Positions 24,134-41,600 of a stretch of 64,000 nucleotides of DNA are shown here, one piece after another. The position numbers and the translations under genes were made by a program. Origin of the DNA: Eledone cirrhosa (lineage: Eukaryota); the NCBI GenBank assembly GCA_964016885.1, contig OZ024740.1:31124001-31188000 (forward strand). The letters run 5' to 3'. Every line of letters starts with the position of its first letter. Positions within the stretch are counted from its first letter, which is position 1. A model generated the notes under the pieces. The model did not search any database, had not been told where the DNA came from, and worked only from the letters and a program-made list of their open reading frames with translations.

Positions 24134-24178
24134 ATGTAGTATATAGTGTATATACATGAAGTAGATTTTTTTTTTTTT

Positions 24179-26780
24179 TCATCATTTTACGTACGCTTTT
24201 CCCTGCTTGCAAGGGTGGGATGGGTCCTATTCAGCACAGCATCTCTCCACTTGTCACAGTCCTTCATCATCTCTTCCGTGAGCTTCAGCGATCTGAGGTC
24301 TGCTCTCACCACCTTTGCCCATGTTTTTCGTGGTCTTCCTCTACTGCGTCTTCCCTCTATAGAACCCACCTGCATTTGAAAAATGTGTCTATCAATGCGA
24401 CTTCTACTGTCAAATTTCCCTGTACATCTACTGCATACATAGTTTTCCCTACCTGTTAGTTTGCCTGCTATCCCACTACATCTCTTGTGTACCCAAGATC
24501 TGCATTGTGTACATTTTATAGAATTTATGCCAGCTCCTTTTCTACATATCGAACATGGCCATTTCCCTAATGGAATCAGAGTTTTGTCCTCTTTTCTACA
24601 TATCAACACTTTTGTCTTAGCTAGGTTCACTCTCAGTCCTCTTGCTTCCAACTGCTGTTTCCATAGCCAGAATTTATTCTCTAGATCCTCTACTGATTCT
24701 GCTATAAGAACCAGATCATCATCATAGAGAAGTTCCTATGGGCAACCAGTCTTAAACTCCTCTGTTATGGCTTGGAGGACTATAATGAACAAGAACGGGC
24801 TGAGGACCGAACCCTGATGTACTCCTACTTGTATCTGGAACTCCTCACTAAACTCCATTCCCACTCTCACTTTACTGACAGCACCCCTGTACATAGCTTG
24901 CACTGTCCTCACAAGCCATTCCTCTACACCTAGTTTCCTTAGGGACCACCAGATAACAGATTTGGGTACCCTATCAAAGGCCTTCTCTAGGTCCATCAGT
25001 TTTATGCCCCTATAATTGCTCCTCTCCAGAGCATCCCCTTTACCTGTGTAACAATTTATGAGAATACTGCTGCATCAGTCTTTGGGTATGAGTCGCCATA
25101 CATAGCTTGGTTGACGATGCGTGCAACCAGTTTAGTACCTACTTCTGATGCCTTCAGCATCTCAGCAACTATCCCCAATGGTGCAGCGGCCTTACCATTT
25201 TTCATTTCCTTAATTGACCCTATATACGTCAATCTCAATAGCTGGTCCCTCTGTTGGGTCTACTGGGGGTAGTTTCTCTCTTTCCCATTCGTTCTCCACA
25301 TTCATCAAATGACATTTCCAGACCTCCTTTTTCTGATCATTCGTGACGCAAAGTTCACCAGCATCATTTCGGACACACTTATCTCCAACAACATCCTGAT
25401 TTACAGACACACTGCCTTGCAATTCGGAACACCGCACATCTCTGATCTTCCCATCATAGAACATTGGCAAACCTCCTACTCACAGCCTTCCTGCATGCTA
25501 AGTACATCTGACATCTAGCTTCTCTCTTAGTGGCTGTGTATCAGTCTCTACTCCCACCATTTTTCCAAGCATTCCATGCTAGTCTTTTGTCTCTAATGGC
25601 CCTATCTACTGTGCTGTTCCACCACCAGGTCACTCTCTGTCTGGTTGGAGCTCATACACATCTTGAAGGGCTCTCCTAAATTTATATGTTAGTGAAAGGT
25701 CTTTTAACTTCCAGACCTTCCTTTTCCACACCTTCCTGTGTGTCTCATTTTGTCTCTCTTGCTTATTGAGATGTCACTAACGACTAACCTATGCTGTGGG
25801 GTACATTCTTCCCCGGGGTATGCCTTAGTATTTGACACCATCTATCTGTCTTGCTGCCTAACTAGCAAGAAGTCAATATGGCTTATGATTCGCCTGATTT
25901 GTAGGTTATTAGGTGGTTGGTAGGCTTCTTGAAGTTAGTGTTGCAAATGGTTAGTGCACTTGCAACACAAAATTCAAGAAGCCTCACTCCTTCTTCGTTT
26001 CTTGAGCCATAACCGTGCCCCCCATGCACCCCAGTGTATCCATCCTGGAGTGGTCCAACATGACCATTGAAGTTCCCTGCTAGCATAACGATGTCCCTGT
26101 CCTTTGTCATTGTGACTGTTTCTATAAGTTGCTTGTAAAAGCAGTCTTTCTCTTCTTTACCTAGATCCACCTGGGGAGCATAGGTAGAGATGATTGTCAG
26201 CAGTCTCTTGCCTACAGCTAATCTAATCTTAATTATTCTATTACTGACTCTAACTACCTTTATTGTCTTATTGATCCATCTCTCAGCCAGTAAAATGCCT
26301 ACCCCACCTAACCCATCATCATTACCCACCCAGAAATAACTAAGATGTTTGCCTGTGATTAGTCTTGCAGAAGCACCTCTCCATCTCACCTCTTGCACAC
26401 AGCACACATCCACATGTCTTCTCTCTTGCATCTCCGCTATCTCACCAGATCTACCTGTTAGATTGCCAACATTAAGTGTGGCAACTCTGAGATGCGATGT
26501 CTTCATATTCTTGTTCTTGTTGTGCGATTGCTTGATGACGGTCGGGGGGTTCTCACACATGGCCACACCAGCCACCCCACTACCGTATGCAGCTCTAACA
26601 TAGTTAGTGTTATTGCTGTTTACGCAGTTATTGCAATACTTATTTGTTGTGCTCATAATTTTTGGCATTAATATATACTGGTTGGATGCCTTTCCTAACA
26701 CCAGCACCACTTTACAGCATGGACTGGGTGCTTTTATTCATGCCACCAGCACTAGAGAAGTTGTCTTACTGGACTCGGGG
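24179..26780 (-). mobile_element. Near full-length degenerate RTE LINE (5'UTR, APE, RT, PHD) with frameshifts and internal deletions
   Basis: APE motifs TLNV, CVQEVRW, STYAPQ, GNFNGHVG. RT motifs DLEKAFDRVP, GVHQGSVLSP, LLYDDD. ATGATGA tail. Confidence 0.95.
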
Positions 26781-26929
26781 GCCCTCTCCACCCCTCTATA
26801 TATACATTAATTTTCAAAATGATTTGAAAAATCATAGACAGCATTTTTCACTAGAAATATTGTAACAAAAGGGCAAACATAATTTTACATTAATGTTCTT
26901 GTTTTGCCATACATGCTAATATTAGACTT

Positions 26930-27275
26930 TGATATATGGTGTTTGGGGAAACTGGGCCATTGACAACGAGTATCTGGTCATTATTGGTGGCTCGGCTTAC
27001 CAAGATATCAAGTAATACCTACAAAGGTGCTTGGTTATTCCAACAACTTAGCCTCGCTATCAGCCATGGCAATGCTAATGTGTGTTGGATTGCCTAAAAA
27101 AATATTAGAGGGGAACTCCAGCACCTCTTGTAGCATGTGATTGAGTGTATGAGTCTTCTCCCACACTTTTTCTTTTCCTCATTTTTTATATCATGCAAAT
27201 TGTGTTTATGTACTAATATATAAATTATGTTTATCAATAAAGAAAGAATTTCAATGTAAACATGAAAAAAAAAAC
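26930..27275 (+). mobile_element. CRE-like (RLE) non-LTR retrotransposon 3' fragment
   Basis: Frameshifted YGVWG...RL...AWLFQQLSLAISHGNA resembles the QRLSLAI.RGNA C-terminal motif. A-rich tail. Confidence 0.5.
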
Positions 27276-28152
27276 ATATTTATATCTGACAATTTTGCAT
27301 TTAAACCATCCTATATAAAAGTTCACACTCTGATAAAGCTTCAACAAAAATAAAAGTTCTACGCTTATTAATTCTTTGGTAGTGTTATCATTCTGTATCA
27401 TTGTTCCATATCGCTACAGTTCAAAAAAAGAATGAAGAATGTTCACACACTCAATCTTTTTGTTGACACAGTAAGGCAATGTCAGTTTAGCAAGATAAAG
27501 CTAATGACAACAGCTCAGTTTTATATGCCACTTGATAGACTACTTAATATGTTCACATGAGAATTTGACACTGAATTAAAGAAAGAAAAACACTTGCTGG
27601 TATTAAAACAAATTCAAATTTTCTTTGTCTTATTAATAAACACACCAACAGAACAGTTTAGTTATGTTAATGAGTCTACTGAGTGTGTAAAGGAAATGAT
27701 AAAAATACTGTACAGTATTTGATTTAGTGTAAACACATACAAAAGTTCAATCTTTTTCTCAGATGTTACCATTCAAGTCTGATTCATATATATATCTACA
27801 GACCTTTGGAATATTTGACAGTTACTTCCTACTTATTGCTGATTACTTTATCCAGTGTCTTTCTTTCTAATAATAGTAGAGTAAGCTGAAATTTCAGATA
27901 AATTTGGCTGATATTTCTAGAAGATTCAATGAACATCTAGCAGCTTTCGTGTGGTTGTTTGGGTTAAATAATAAGCAAAGCAGATTACAAATACTATAAA
28001 AATATGAGAACGAATACTCATACATTGCTACCCCAATGATACGAGACAGGACGGTGTGAGAGAGCTCTCTCTGGTGGGTAGAACCCTAGGCACAAACCAT
28101 CTCATGGTCCCAATAGGCAGAATGGAGAAAACGTTGCTTCAGAGGATGGCAA

Positions 28153-28213
28153 GTTTGGACAGAAAGAAATGAGAGAATTCTGGCCGGAAACAGCTAGTTT
28201 AAATGCTAAAGGG
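28153..28213 (-). mobile_element. Partial piggyBac-type MITE (one end)
   Basis: ...GAATTCTGGCCGG...AATGCTAAAGGG-TTAA. Confidence 0.75.
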
Positions 28214-28948
28214 TTAAATAGCTATTTCAACTCATAGGGTTCATTCTTGTGGGTGACCAACTCTACCTTGACAAGCAGTGAGTAAGGAGGTGATCCAGGG
28301 ACCAAGAATGACAGAAGTCTCCAATGCTACAAGTTCAATACTTATACTGATATACTTATATTCAAATGATGCAGTAGCCTTTATTCCACCTGCAATTGTT
28401 TAATTAGTGTATGGGGGGGGGGGGGGGGGGTAGTTATACTTAATTATAAATGAAGATGTAAAATTAACATGCAGGAAAGACAGAAAACAAATGGGGCTCA
28501 GAATTTTCTAGATAGTAACCCTTTTGAAATCAATCTACCCAAAACTGCCTCTGGTTCTATGGAACAAAACCATCCAATTAAAAGGTTCTTATTTAGATTA
28601 AAATCCTCTAACATAATTTTATAAAAGAACAAGGTTTAGCATATCTTCTGGTTTGGTGGGGATGCTTGTCTCAGTTGACACTGAATTGTCAAGGATTTTG
28701 ATGAAAAGTCATAAACCCAAAAGGGAGAAACAAGAAAGATTAAAATCTGTATAAAATTCTGACTTGATGTTGACAGAAAATAACTTTTTATAAATTTTGT
28801 CTATTTGTTTCTCTATAGTAAAATTGTGACACATGTGTTCAATAAAATGTTTGGTTAGTGTTTCAAAAATTTTTTCAGATATTAGGGTTTTGTGATATAA
28901 TGTACCTTTTCTCCTGTCCCCAAATTTCTTTCCTCATAACCTTCTTAA

Positions 28949-29169
28949 CCCTTTAACATTTACATTAATCTATATTTACTATTGTATTTTCACCGTAAAA
29001 GCTTTACCTTACATACGTATCTCTCATAATATTGAATCTATGAGATTTTGATGTTATTTATTTTGAGTACAATACCTTAACATCAGTATGAGCAGCCAGG
29101 TACAGCCAGTTTGAACAGAAAGAAGTAAGAGAATTCTGGCCGGATATGGCCGGTTTAAATGCTAAAGGG
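28949..29169 (-). mobile_element. piggyBac-type MITE, same family, inverted
   Basis: TIRs and TTAA flanks at 28945 and 29170. Confidence 0.9.
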
Positions 29170-29627
29170 TTAAGAATGTATATTTTAAATGAAATTTTGC
29201 AGAGATACATTTGAAAAAGTATAGAATATTTTGATGAAATGAATATATTTGTTTTTAATTCAGAAAGCAAAGAACCTGTAGACGTTTGCCCTGATTTAAA
29301 CTCTCAATTGGACACAAGTTGAAGTAATGTAAGACAGAAATTATTTACAAGGAGTATAGTTCATTTGATTGATTAATAACATATAGATAGATTATAACAT
29401 ATTTTAGCAATAAATTAACATGGAGGTTAAATTGAGAAGATTTACTGTTATTCTCATCACAGTGATGATGGGATTTTACATGCTTCAAAGTTATCAAATT
29501 TTTGTTGATAAATATGTAGATAAATATGTGTGTATGATATTATATATATAAGGGGTTCATACAGATGCCAGTTTAAGGCTTACACCTGATTCAAATATTA
29601 TCTAAATGTTACAATCATCCATACGTT

Positions 29628-32600
29628 CACTAATATGACACTACAACAGATACACTACCATGACACTACAACAGATACGCTACCATGACACTACAACAGA
29701 TACACTGCCATGACACTATAACAGATACACTACCATGACACTACAACAGATACACTGCCAAGACACTATAACAGATACACTACCATGACATTACAACGGA
29801 TATACTACCAGGACACTATAACAGATATACTACCATGACACTATAACAGATACACTACCATGACACTACAACAGATACACTGCCATGACACTATAACAGA
29901 TACACTACCATGACACTACAACAGATACACTGCCAAGACACTATAACAGATACACTACCATGACACTACAACGGATATACTACCAGCACACTATAACAAA
30001 TACACTACTATGACACTATAAAAGATACACTACTATGGCACTATAACAGATACACTACCATTACACTATAACAGATATACTACAATGACACTATAGCAGA
30101 TATACTACCATAACACTATAACAGATACCCTACCATGACACTATAACAGATACACTACTATGACACTACAACAGATACACTACCATGACACTACAACAGA
30201 TACACTACCATGACACTACAACAGATATACGACCATGACACTATAACAGATACGCTACCATGACACTATAACAGATACACTACTATGACACTATAACAGA
30301 TATACTACCATGACACTACAACAGATACACTACCATGACACTATAACAGATATACTACTATGACACTATAACAGATACACTACTATGACACTATAACAGA
30401 TATACTACCATGACACTACAACAGATACACTACCATGACACTATAACAGATATACTACTATGACATTATAACAGATTCACTACTATGACACTATAACAGA
30501 TACACTACAATGACACTTTAACAGATATACTACCATGACACTATAACAGATATACTACCATGACACTACCACAGATATACTACCATGACACAATAACAGA
30601 TACACTACCATAACACTATAACAGATACAGTACTATGACGCTATAACAGATATAGTATAATGACACTATAACAGATACACTACCATAAAAATATAACAGA
30701 TATACTACCATGACAGTATAACAGATACACTACTATGACACTATAACATATACACTACTATGACACTATCAGAGATATACTACCATAACACTATAACAGC
30801 TATACTAACATGACAATATAAAAGATACACTACCATGCCACTATAGCAGATACACTACCATGCCACTATAGCAGATACACTACCATGACACTATAACAGA
30901 TACACTACTATGACACTATAAGAGATATACTACCATGACACTATAACGGATACACTACCATGACACTATAACAGATACACTACTATGACACTATAAGAGA
31001 TATACTACCATGACACTATAACAGATACACTACCATGATACTATAACAGATACACTACTATGATACTATAAGAGATATACTACCATGACACTATAACAGA
31101 TACACTACCATGACACTATAACAGATACACTACTATGACACTATAACAGCTATACTATTATGACACTATAACAGATATACTACTATGACAATATAACAGA
31201 TATAATACCATGACTCTATAATACACAGATACTCAACCATGACACAACAACAGATATACTACCATGACACAATAAAAGCTATACTAACATGACACTATAA
31301 TACACTGATACACTACCATGACACTATAACAGATACACTACCATGACACTATAACAGATACACTACCATGAGACTATAACAGATACACTACTATGACACT
31401 ATAACAGATATACTACCATGACACTATAACAGATACACTACCATGCCACTATAACAGATACACTACCATAACACTATAACAGATACAGTACTATGACACT
31501 ATAACAGATATAGTATCATGAAACTATAACAGATACACTACCATAACACTACAACAGATATACTACCATAACACTACAACTGTAAAACTACCATGAAACT
31601 ATAATACACAGATACACTAACATGACACAATAACAGATACACTACTATGTCACTATAACAGGTACACTACCATGGCACTATAACAGATATACTACCATGA
31701 CACTATAACAGATACACTACTATGACACTATAATAGATATACTACCACGACACTATAACAGATACACTACCATGACGCTATAACAGATACACTTCTCTGA
31801 CACTATAACAGATATACTACCATGACACTACAACTGATACACTACTATGACACTATAACAGATACACTACCATGACATTATAACAGATACACTACTATGA
31901 CACTATAACAGATACACTACCATGACACTAATGCAGATTTACTACAATCACACTTTAACAAATACACTACCATGACACTATAACAGATACACGACCATAA
32001 TATAACAACAGGTATACTACCATGACACTACATCCGATATACTACCATGACATTATAATACACAGATACACTACCATGACCCTATAACAGATATACTACC
32101 ATGACACTATAACATATACACTACTATGACATATATAACAGTTACAATACCATGACACTATAACAGATACACTACTATGACACTATAATAGATATACTAT
32201 TATGACACTATAACAGATACACTACTATGACACTACAACAGATACACTACCATGACACTTTAACAGATACACTACTATGGCACTATAACAGATATACTAC
32301 TATGATACAAAAATAGATATACGAACATGACACTACAACAGATACACTACGAATACACTATAACATATACATTAGTATTACACTATAACAGATACACTAC
32401 TATGACACTATAACAGATATACTACCATGACTCTATAATACACAAATACTCTACCATGACACTACAACAGATATATTACCTTGACACTATAACAGCTATA
32501 CTAACATGACACTATAACAGATACACTACTATAACACTACAACAGATACACTACCATGACACAATAACAGATATACTACCATGACACTATAACAGATACA

Positions 32601-35600
32601 CTACCATGACAATATAACAGATACACTACCATGACATTATAACAGATATACGACCATGACACTATAACAGATTACTACCATGACACTAAAAGATACACTA
32701 CCATGACACTATACCAGGATACAATACATTACCATGACACTATAACAGATACACTACCATGACACAATAACAGATATACTACCATGACACTACAATAGAT
32801 ATACTACCGTGACACTATAGCAGATATATTACCATAACACTGTAACAGATACACTACTATGACAATATAACAGATAAACTAACATGACACTATAACAGAT
32901 ACGCTAGTATGACACTATAGCAGATGTACAACCACAACACTATAACAGATATACTACTATTACACTATAACAGATATACTACCATGACACTTTAATAGAT
33001 ACACTACCATGACACAATAACAGATACACTACTATGACAATATAACAGATACACTACCATAACACTATAACAGATACACTACTATGACACTATAACAGAT
33101 ATACTACCATGACACTATAACAGATATACTACCATGACACTATAACAGATATACTACCATGACACTATAACAGATATACTACCCTGACACTATAATAGAT
33201 ATACTACCATGACACTATAACAGATACACTACCATGACATTATAACAGCTACACTACCATGACACTATAACAGATACACAACCATAACATAACAATTGGT
33301 ATACTACCATGACACTACATCCGATATAGTACCATGACACTATAATACACAGATACACTTCCATGACACTATAACATATACACTACTATGACAATATAAC
33401 AGTTACACTACCATGACACTATAACAGATACACTACTATGACACGATAATAGATATACTACCATGACACTATAACAGATACACTACCATGACATTATAAC
33501 AGATACACTACCATGACACTATAACAGATATATTACCTTGACACTATAACAGATACACTGCCATGACACTATATCAGATTCAGTACCATGACACTATAAC
33601 AGATATACTACAATGACACTATAGCAGATATACTACCATAACACTATAACAGATACCCTACCATGACACTATAACAGATACACTACTATGACACTACAAC
33701 AGATACACTACCATGACACTACAACAGATACACTACCATGACACTACAACAGATATACGACCATGACACTATAACAGATACGCTACCATGACACTATAAC
33801 AGATACACTACTATGACACTATAACAGATATACTACCATGACACTACAACAGATACACTACCATGACACTATAACAGATATACTACTATGACACTATAAC
33901 AGATACACTACTATGACACTATAACAGATATACTACCATGACACTACAACAGATACACTACCATGACACTATAACAGATATACTACTATGACATTATAAC
34001 AGATTCACTACTATGACACTATAACAGATACACTACAATGACACTTTAACAGATATACTACCATGACACTATAACAGATATACTACCATGACACTACCAC
34101 AGATATACTACCATGACACAATAACAGATACACTACCATAACACTATAACAGATACAGTACTATGACGCTATAACAGATATAGTATAATGACACTATAAC
34201 AGATACACTACCATAAAAATATAACAGATATACTACCATGACAGTATAACAGATACACTACTATGACACTATAACATATACACTACTATGACACTATCAG
34301 AGATATACTACCATAACACTATAACAGCTATACTAACATGACAATATAAAAGATACACTACCATGCCACTATAGCAGATACACTACCATGCCACTATAGC
34401 AGATACACTACCATGACACTATAACAGATACACTACTATGACACTATAAGAGATATACTACCATGACACTATAACGGATACACTACCATGACACTATAAC
34501 AGATACACTACTATGACACTATAAGAGATATACTACCATGACACTATAACAGATACACTACCATGATACTATAACAGATACACTACTATGATACTATAAG
34601 AGATATACTACCATGACACTATAACAGATACACTACCATGACACTATAACAGATACACTACTATGACACTATAACAGCTATACTATTATGACACTATAAC
34701 AGATATACTACTATGACAATATAACAGATATAATACCATGACTCTATAATACACAGATACTCAACCATGACACAACAACAGATATACTACCATGACACAA
34801 TAAAAGCTATACTAACATGACACTATAATACACTGATACACTACCATGACACTATAACAGATACACTACCATGACACTATAACAGATACACTACCATGAG
34901 ACTATAACAGATACACTACTATGACACTATAACAGATATACTACCATGACACTATAACAGATACACTACCATGCCACTATAACAGATACACTACCATAAC
35001 ACTATAACAGATACAGTACTATGACACTATAACAGATATAGTATCATGAAACTATAACAGATACACTACCATAACACTACAACAGATATACTACCATAAC
35101 ACTACAACTGTAAAACTACCATGAAACTATAATACACAGATACACTAACATGACACAATAACAGATACACTACTATGTCACTATAACAGGTACACTACCA
35201 TGGCACTATAACAGATATACTACCATGACACTATAACAGATACACTACTATGACACTATAATAGATATACTACCACGACACTATAACAGATACACTACCA
35301 TGATGCTATAACAGATACACTTCTCTGACACTATAACAGATATACTACCATGACACTACAACTGATACACTACTATGACACTATAACAGATACACTACCA
35401 TGACATTATAACAGATACACTACTATGACACTATAACAGATACACTACCATGACACTAATGCAGATTTACTACAATCACACTTTAACAAATACACTACCA
35501 TGACACTATAACAGATACACGACCATAATATAACAACAGGTATACTACCATGACACTACATCCGATATACTACCATGACATTATAATACACAGATACACT

Positions 35601-38600
35601 ACCATGACCCTATAACAGATATACTACCATGACACTATAACATATACACTACTATGACATATATAACAGTTACAATACCATGACACTATAACAGATACAC
35701 TACTATGACACTATAATAGATATACTATTATGACACTATAACAGATACACTACTATGACACTACAACAGATACACTACCATGACACTTTAACAGATACAC
35801 TACTATGGCACTATAACAGATATACTACTATGATACAAAAATAGATATACGAACATGACACTACAACAGATACACTACGAATACACTATAACATATACAT
35901 TAGTATTACACTATAACAGATACACTACTATGACACTATAACAGATATACTACCATGACTCTATAATACACAAATACTCTACCATGACACTACAACAGAT
36001 ATATTACCTTGACACTATAACAGCTATACTAACATGACACTATAACAGATACACTACTATAACACTACAACAGATACACTACCATGACACAATAACAGAT
36101 ATACTACCATGACACTATAACAGATACACTACCATGACAATATAACAGATACACTACCATGACACTATAACAGATATACGACCATGACACTATAACAGAT
36201 TACTACCATGACACTAAAAGATACACTACCATGACACTATACCAGGATACAATACATTACCATGACACTATAACAGATACACTACCATGACACAATAACA
36301 GATATACTACCATGACACTACAATAGATATACTACCGTGACACTATAGCAGATATATTACCATAACACTGTAACAGATACACTACTATGACAATATAACA
36401 GATAAACTAACATGACACTATAACAGATACGCTAGTATGACACTATAGCAGATGTACAACCACAACACTATAACAGATATACTACTATTACACTATAACA
36501 GATATACTACCATGACACTTTAATAGATACACTACCATGACACAATAACAGATACACTACTATGACAATATAACAGATACACTACCATAACACTATAACA
36601 GATACACTACTATGACACTATAACAGATATACTACCATGACACTATAACAGATATACTACCATGACACTATAACAGATATACTACCATGACACTATAACA
36701 GATATACTACCCTGACACTATAATAGATATACTACCATGACACTATAACAGATACACTACCATGACATTATAACAGCTACACTACCATGACACTATAACA
36801 GATACACAACCATAACATAACAATTGGTATACTACCATGACACTACATCCGATATAGTACCATGACACTATAATACACAGATACACTTCCATGACACTAT
36901 AACATATACACTACTATGACAATATAACAGTTACACTACCATGACACTATAACAGATACACTACTATGACACGATAATAGATATACTACCATGACACTAT
37001 AACAGATACACTACCATGACATTATAACAGATACACTACCATGACACTATAACAGATATATTACCTTGACACTATAACAGATACACTGCCATGACACTAT
37101 ATCAGATTCAGTACCATGACACTATAACAGATACACTACTATGATACTATAACAGATATACTACCATGACATTATAACAGATACACTACCATGACATTAT
37201 AAAAGATACACTACCATGACACTATAACAGATACACTACCATGACACTATAACAGATACACTTCTCTGACACTATAACAGATACACTACCATGACACTAT
37301 ACCGGATACACTACTATGACACTATAACAGATATACTACCATGACACTAAAACAGATATACTGCCATGACAGTATAATAGATATACTACAATGACACTAT
37401 AACAGGTACACTACTATGACACTATAACAGATATACTACCATGACACTATAACAGATACACTACCATGACACTATAACAGATACACTACTATGACACTAT
37501 AACAGATACACTACCATGACACTATAACAGATATTCTATAATGACACTATAACAGATATACTACCATGACACTATAACAGATATACTACCATGACACTAT
37601 AACAGATATACTACCATGACACGATAACAGATATATTACTATGACACTATAACAGATACACTACCATGACACTATAACAGATACACTACCATGACACTAT
37701 AACAGATATATTACTATGACACTATAACACATACACTACCAGGACACTATAACAGATACACTACCATGCCAATATAACAGATACACTACCATGACACTAT
37801 AACAGATATACTACCATGACACTACAACAGATGAACTACTATGACACTATAACAAACACTAACATGACACGATAACTGATACACTACCATGACACTATAA
37901 AAGATACACTACCATGACACTATAACAGATATACTACCATGACACTATAACAGATATACTACCATGACAATATAACAGATATACTACCATGACACTATAA
38001 CAGATATACTACCATGACACTACAACAGATACATTACCATGACACTGTAACAGATATATTATTTTAACAATATAACAGATACACTACTATGACACTATAC
38101 CAGATACACTACTGTGACACTATAGCAGATAAACTAACATGACACTATAACAGATACACTAGTATGACACTATAGCAGATGTACAACCACAACACTATAA
38201 CAGATATACTACTATTACACTATAACAGATATACTACCATGACACTTTAACAGATACACTACTATGGTACTATAACAGATATACTACTATGACACAATAA
38301 CAGATATACTAACATGACACTACAACAGATACCCTACCATCACACTATAAGAGATATACTAGTATTACACTATAACAGATACACTACTATGACACTGTAA
38401 CAGATACACTACCATGACACTATAACTGATACACTAGTATGACACTATAACAGATATAATACCGTGACACTATAACAGATACACTACGATGACACTGTAG
38501 CAGATATTCTACCAAAACACTATAACAGATATACTACTATGACACTATAAACGATATACAACCATGACACTATAACAGATACACTACAATGACAGTATAA

Positions 38601-41600
38601 CAGATACACTACCATAACACTATAACAGATACAGTACTATGACACGATAACAGATATAGTATCATGACACTATAACAGATACACTACCATAACACTATAA
38701 CAGATACACTACTATGACAATATAACAGTAACACTACCATGACACTATATCAGATACACTACTATGACACTATAATAGATATACTACTAAGACACTATAA
38801 CAGATATACCACCAGAACACTAGAACAGGTATACTACCATGACACTATAACAGATACACTACTATGACACTATAACAGATACAATACTATGACACTACAA
38901 CAGATATAGTACCATGACACTATAACAGATAAACTACTGTGACACTATAGCAGATATACTACCATAACACTACAATAGATATATTACTATGACACTATAA
39001 CAGATATACTACCATGACACTATAACAGATATACTACCATGAGACTATATCAGATACACTACCATAACATTTTAACAGATACACTACCATGACACTATAA
39101 CAGATACACTACTATGGCACTATAACAGATACACTACCATGACACTATAACAGATAGACTAACATGAGACTATATCAGATACACTACCATGACATTTTAA
39201 CAGATACACTACCATGACACTTTAACAGATACACTACTATGGCACTATAACAGATATACTACTATGACACAATAACAGATATACTAACATGACACTACAA
39301 AAGATACTCTACCATCACACTATAACAGATATACTACCATGACACTATAACAGATACACTACTATGAGACTATAACAGATACACTACCATGCCACACTAA
39401 CAGATACACTACCATGACACTATAACAGATACATTGACATGACACGATAACAGATACACTACCAGGACACTATACCAGATACACTACTATTAAACTATAA
39501 CAGATATACTACTATGACACTATAACAAATATACTACTATGACACAATAACAGATATACTAACATGACACTACAACAGATACACTACCATCACACTATAA
39601 GAGATATACTAGTATTGCACTATAACAGATACACTACTATGACACTATAACAGATACACTACCATGACACTATAATAGATACACTACCATAAAACTACCA
39701 AAGGTATACTACCATGACACTACAACCGATATGCTACCATGACACTATAATACACAGATACACTACCATGACACTGGAACAGATACACTACTATGAAACT
39801 ATAACAGAAACACTACTATGACACTATAATACATATACTACTATGATATAACAGGTACACTACTGTGACACTACAACAGATATACTACCATGACACTATA
39901 ACAGATACACTACCATGACATTATAACAGATATACTACCATGACATTATAACAGATACACTATCATGACATTATAACAGATATACTACCATGACACGATA
40001 ACAGATACACTACTGCGACACTATAACTGATACACTACCATGACATTATAACAGAAACACTACCATGACATTATAACAGATATAATACCATGACATTATA
40101 ACAGATACACTACCATGATATTATAACAGATACACTACTGCGACACTATAACAGATACACTACCATGATATTATAACAGATACACTACCATGATATTATA
40201 ACAGAAACACTACCATGACATTATAACAGATACACTACCATGATATTATAACAGATACACTACTAGACACTATAATACACAGATACACTACCATGACACT
40301 ATAACAGATACACTACTGCGACACTATAACAGATACACTACCATGACATTATAACAGATACACTTCTATGATACAATAACAGATACACTACCATGACACT
40401 ATAACAGATATACTACCATAACACTACAAAAGGTATACTACCATTACACTACAGCCGATATACTACCATGACACTATAATACACAGATACACTACCATGA
40501 CACTATAACAGATACACTAGTATGACACTATAACAGATACACTACTATGAGACTATAACAGATTCACTACTATGACACTATAACAGATACACTGCCAAGA
40601 GACAATAACAGATATACTACTATGACACTGTAACAGATATACTACCATGACAACATAACAGATATACTACCATGACTCTATAACAGATATACTACCATAA
40701 CACTATAACAGATACAATACTATGACGCTACAGTAGATACACTACCATAACACTATAACAGATACACTGCCATGACACGATAACAGATATACTAATATGA
40801 CACTATAACAGATACACTACCATGACACTATAACAGATACACTACTATGACACTATAATAGATACACTACTATGACACTATAACAGATACACTACCATGA
40901 CACTATAATACATATACTATTATGACACTATAACAGATACACTAGTGTGACACTACAACAGATATACTATCATGACACTATAATAGATATACTACCATGA
41001 CACTATAACAGATACACTACTATGACACTATAACAGATATACTACCATGACACTATAACAGATACACTACCATGACACAATAACAGATACAATACCATGA
41101 CACTACAACAGATACACTAGCATGACACTATAACTGATACACTACTACGACACTATAACAGATACACTACCATGACACTATAACAGATACACTACCATGA
41201 CACTATAATACATATACTATTATGACACTATAACAGATACACTAGTGTGACACTACAACAGATATACTATCATGACACTATAATAGATATACTACTATGA
41301 CACTATAACAGATATACTACTATGATACTATAATACACAGATACATTACTATGACTCTATAACAGATATACTATCATGACACTATAACAGATACACTACC
41401 ATGACATTATAACAGATACACTACCATGACACTTTGACAGATACACTACTATTACACTATAACAGATATACTACTATGAGACTATAACAGATATACTACG
41501 ATGACACTATAACAGATACACTACTATGAGACAATAACAGATACACTACCATGACACTATAATACATATACTATTATGACACTATAACAGATACACTAGT

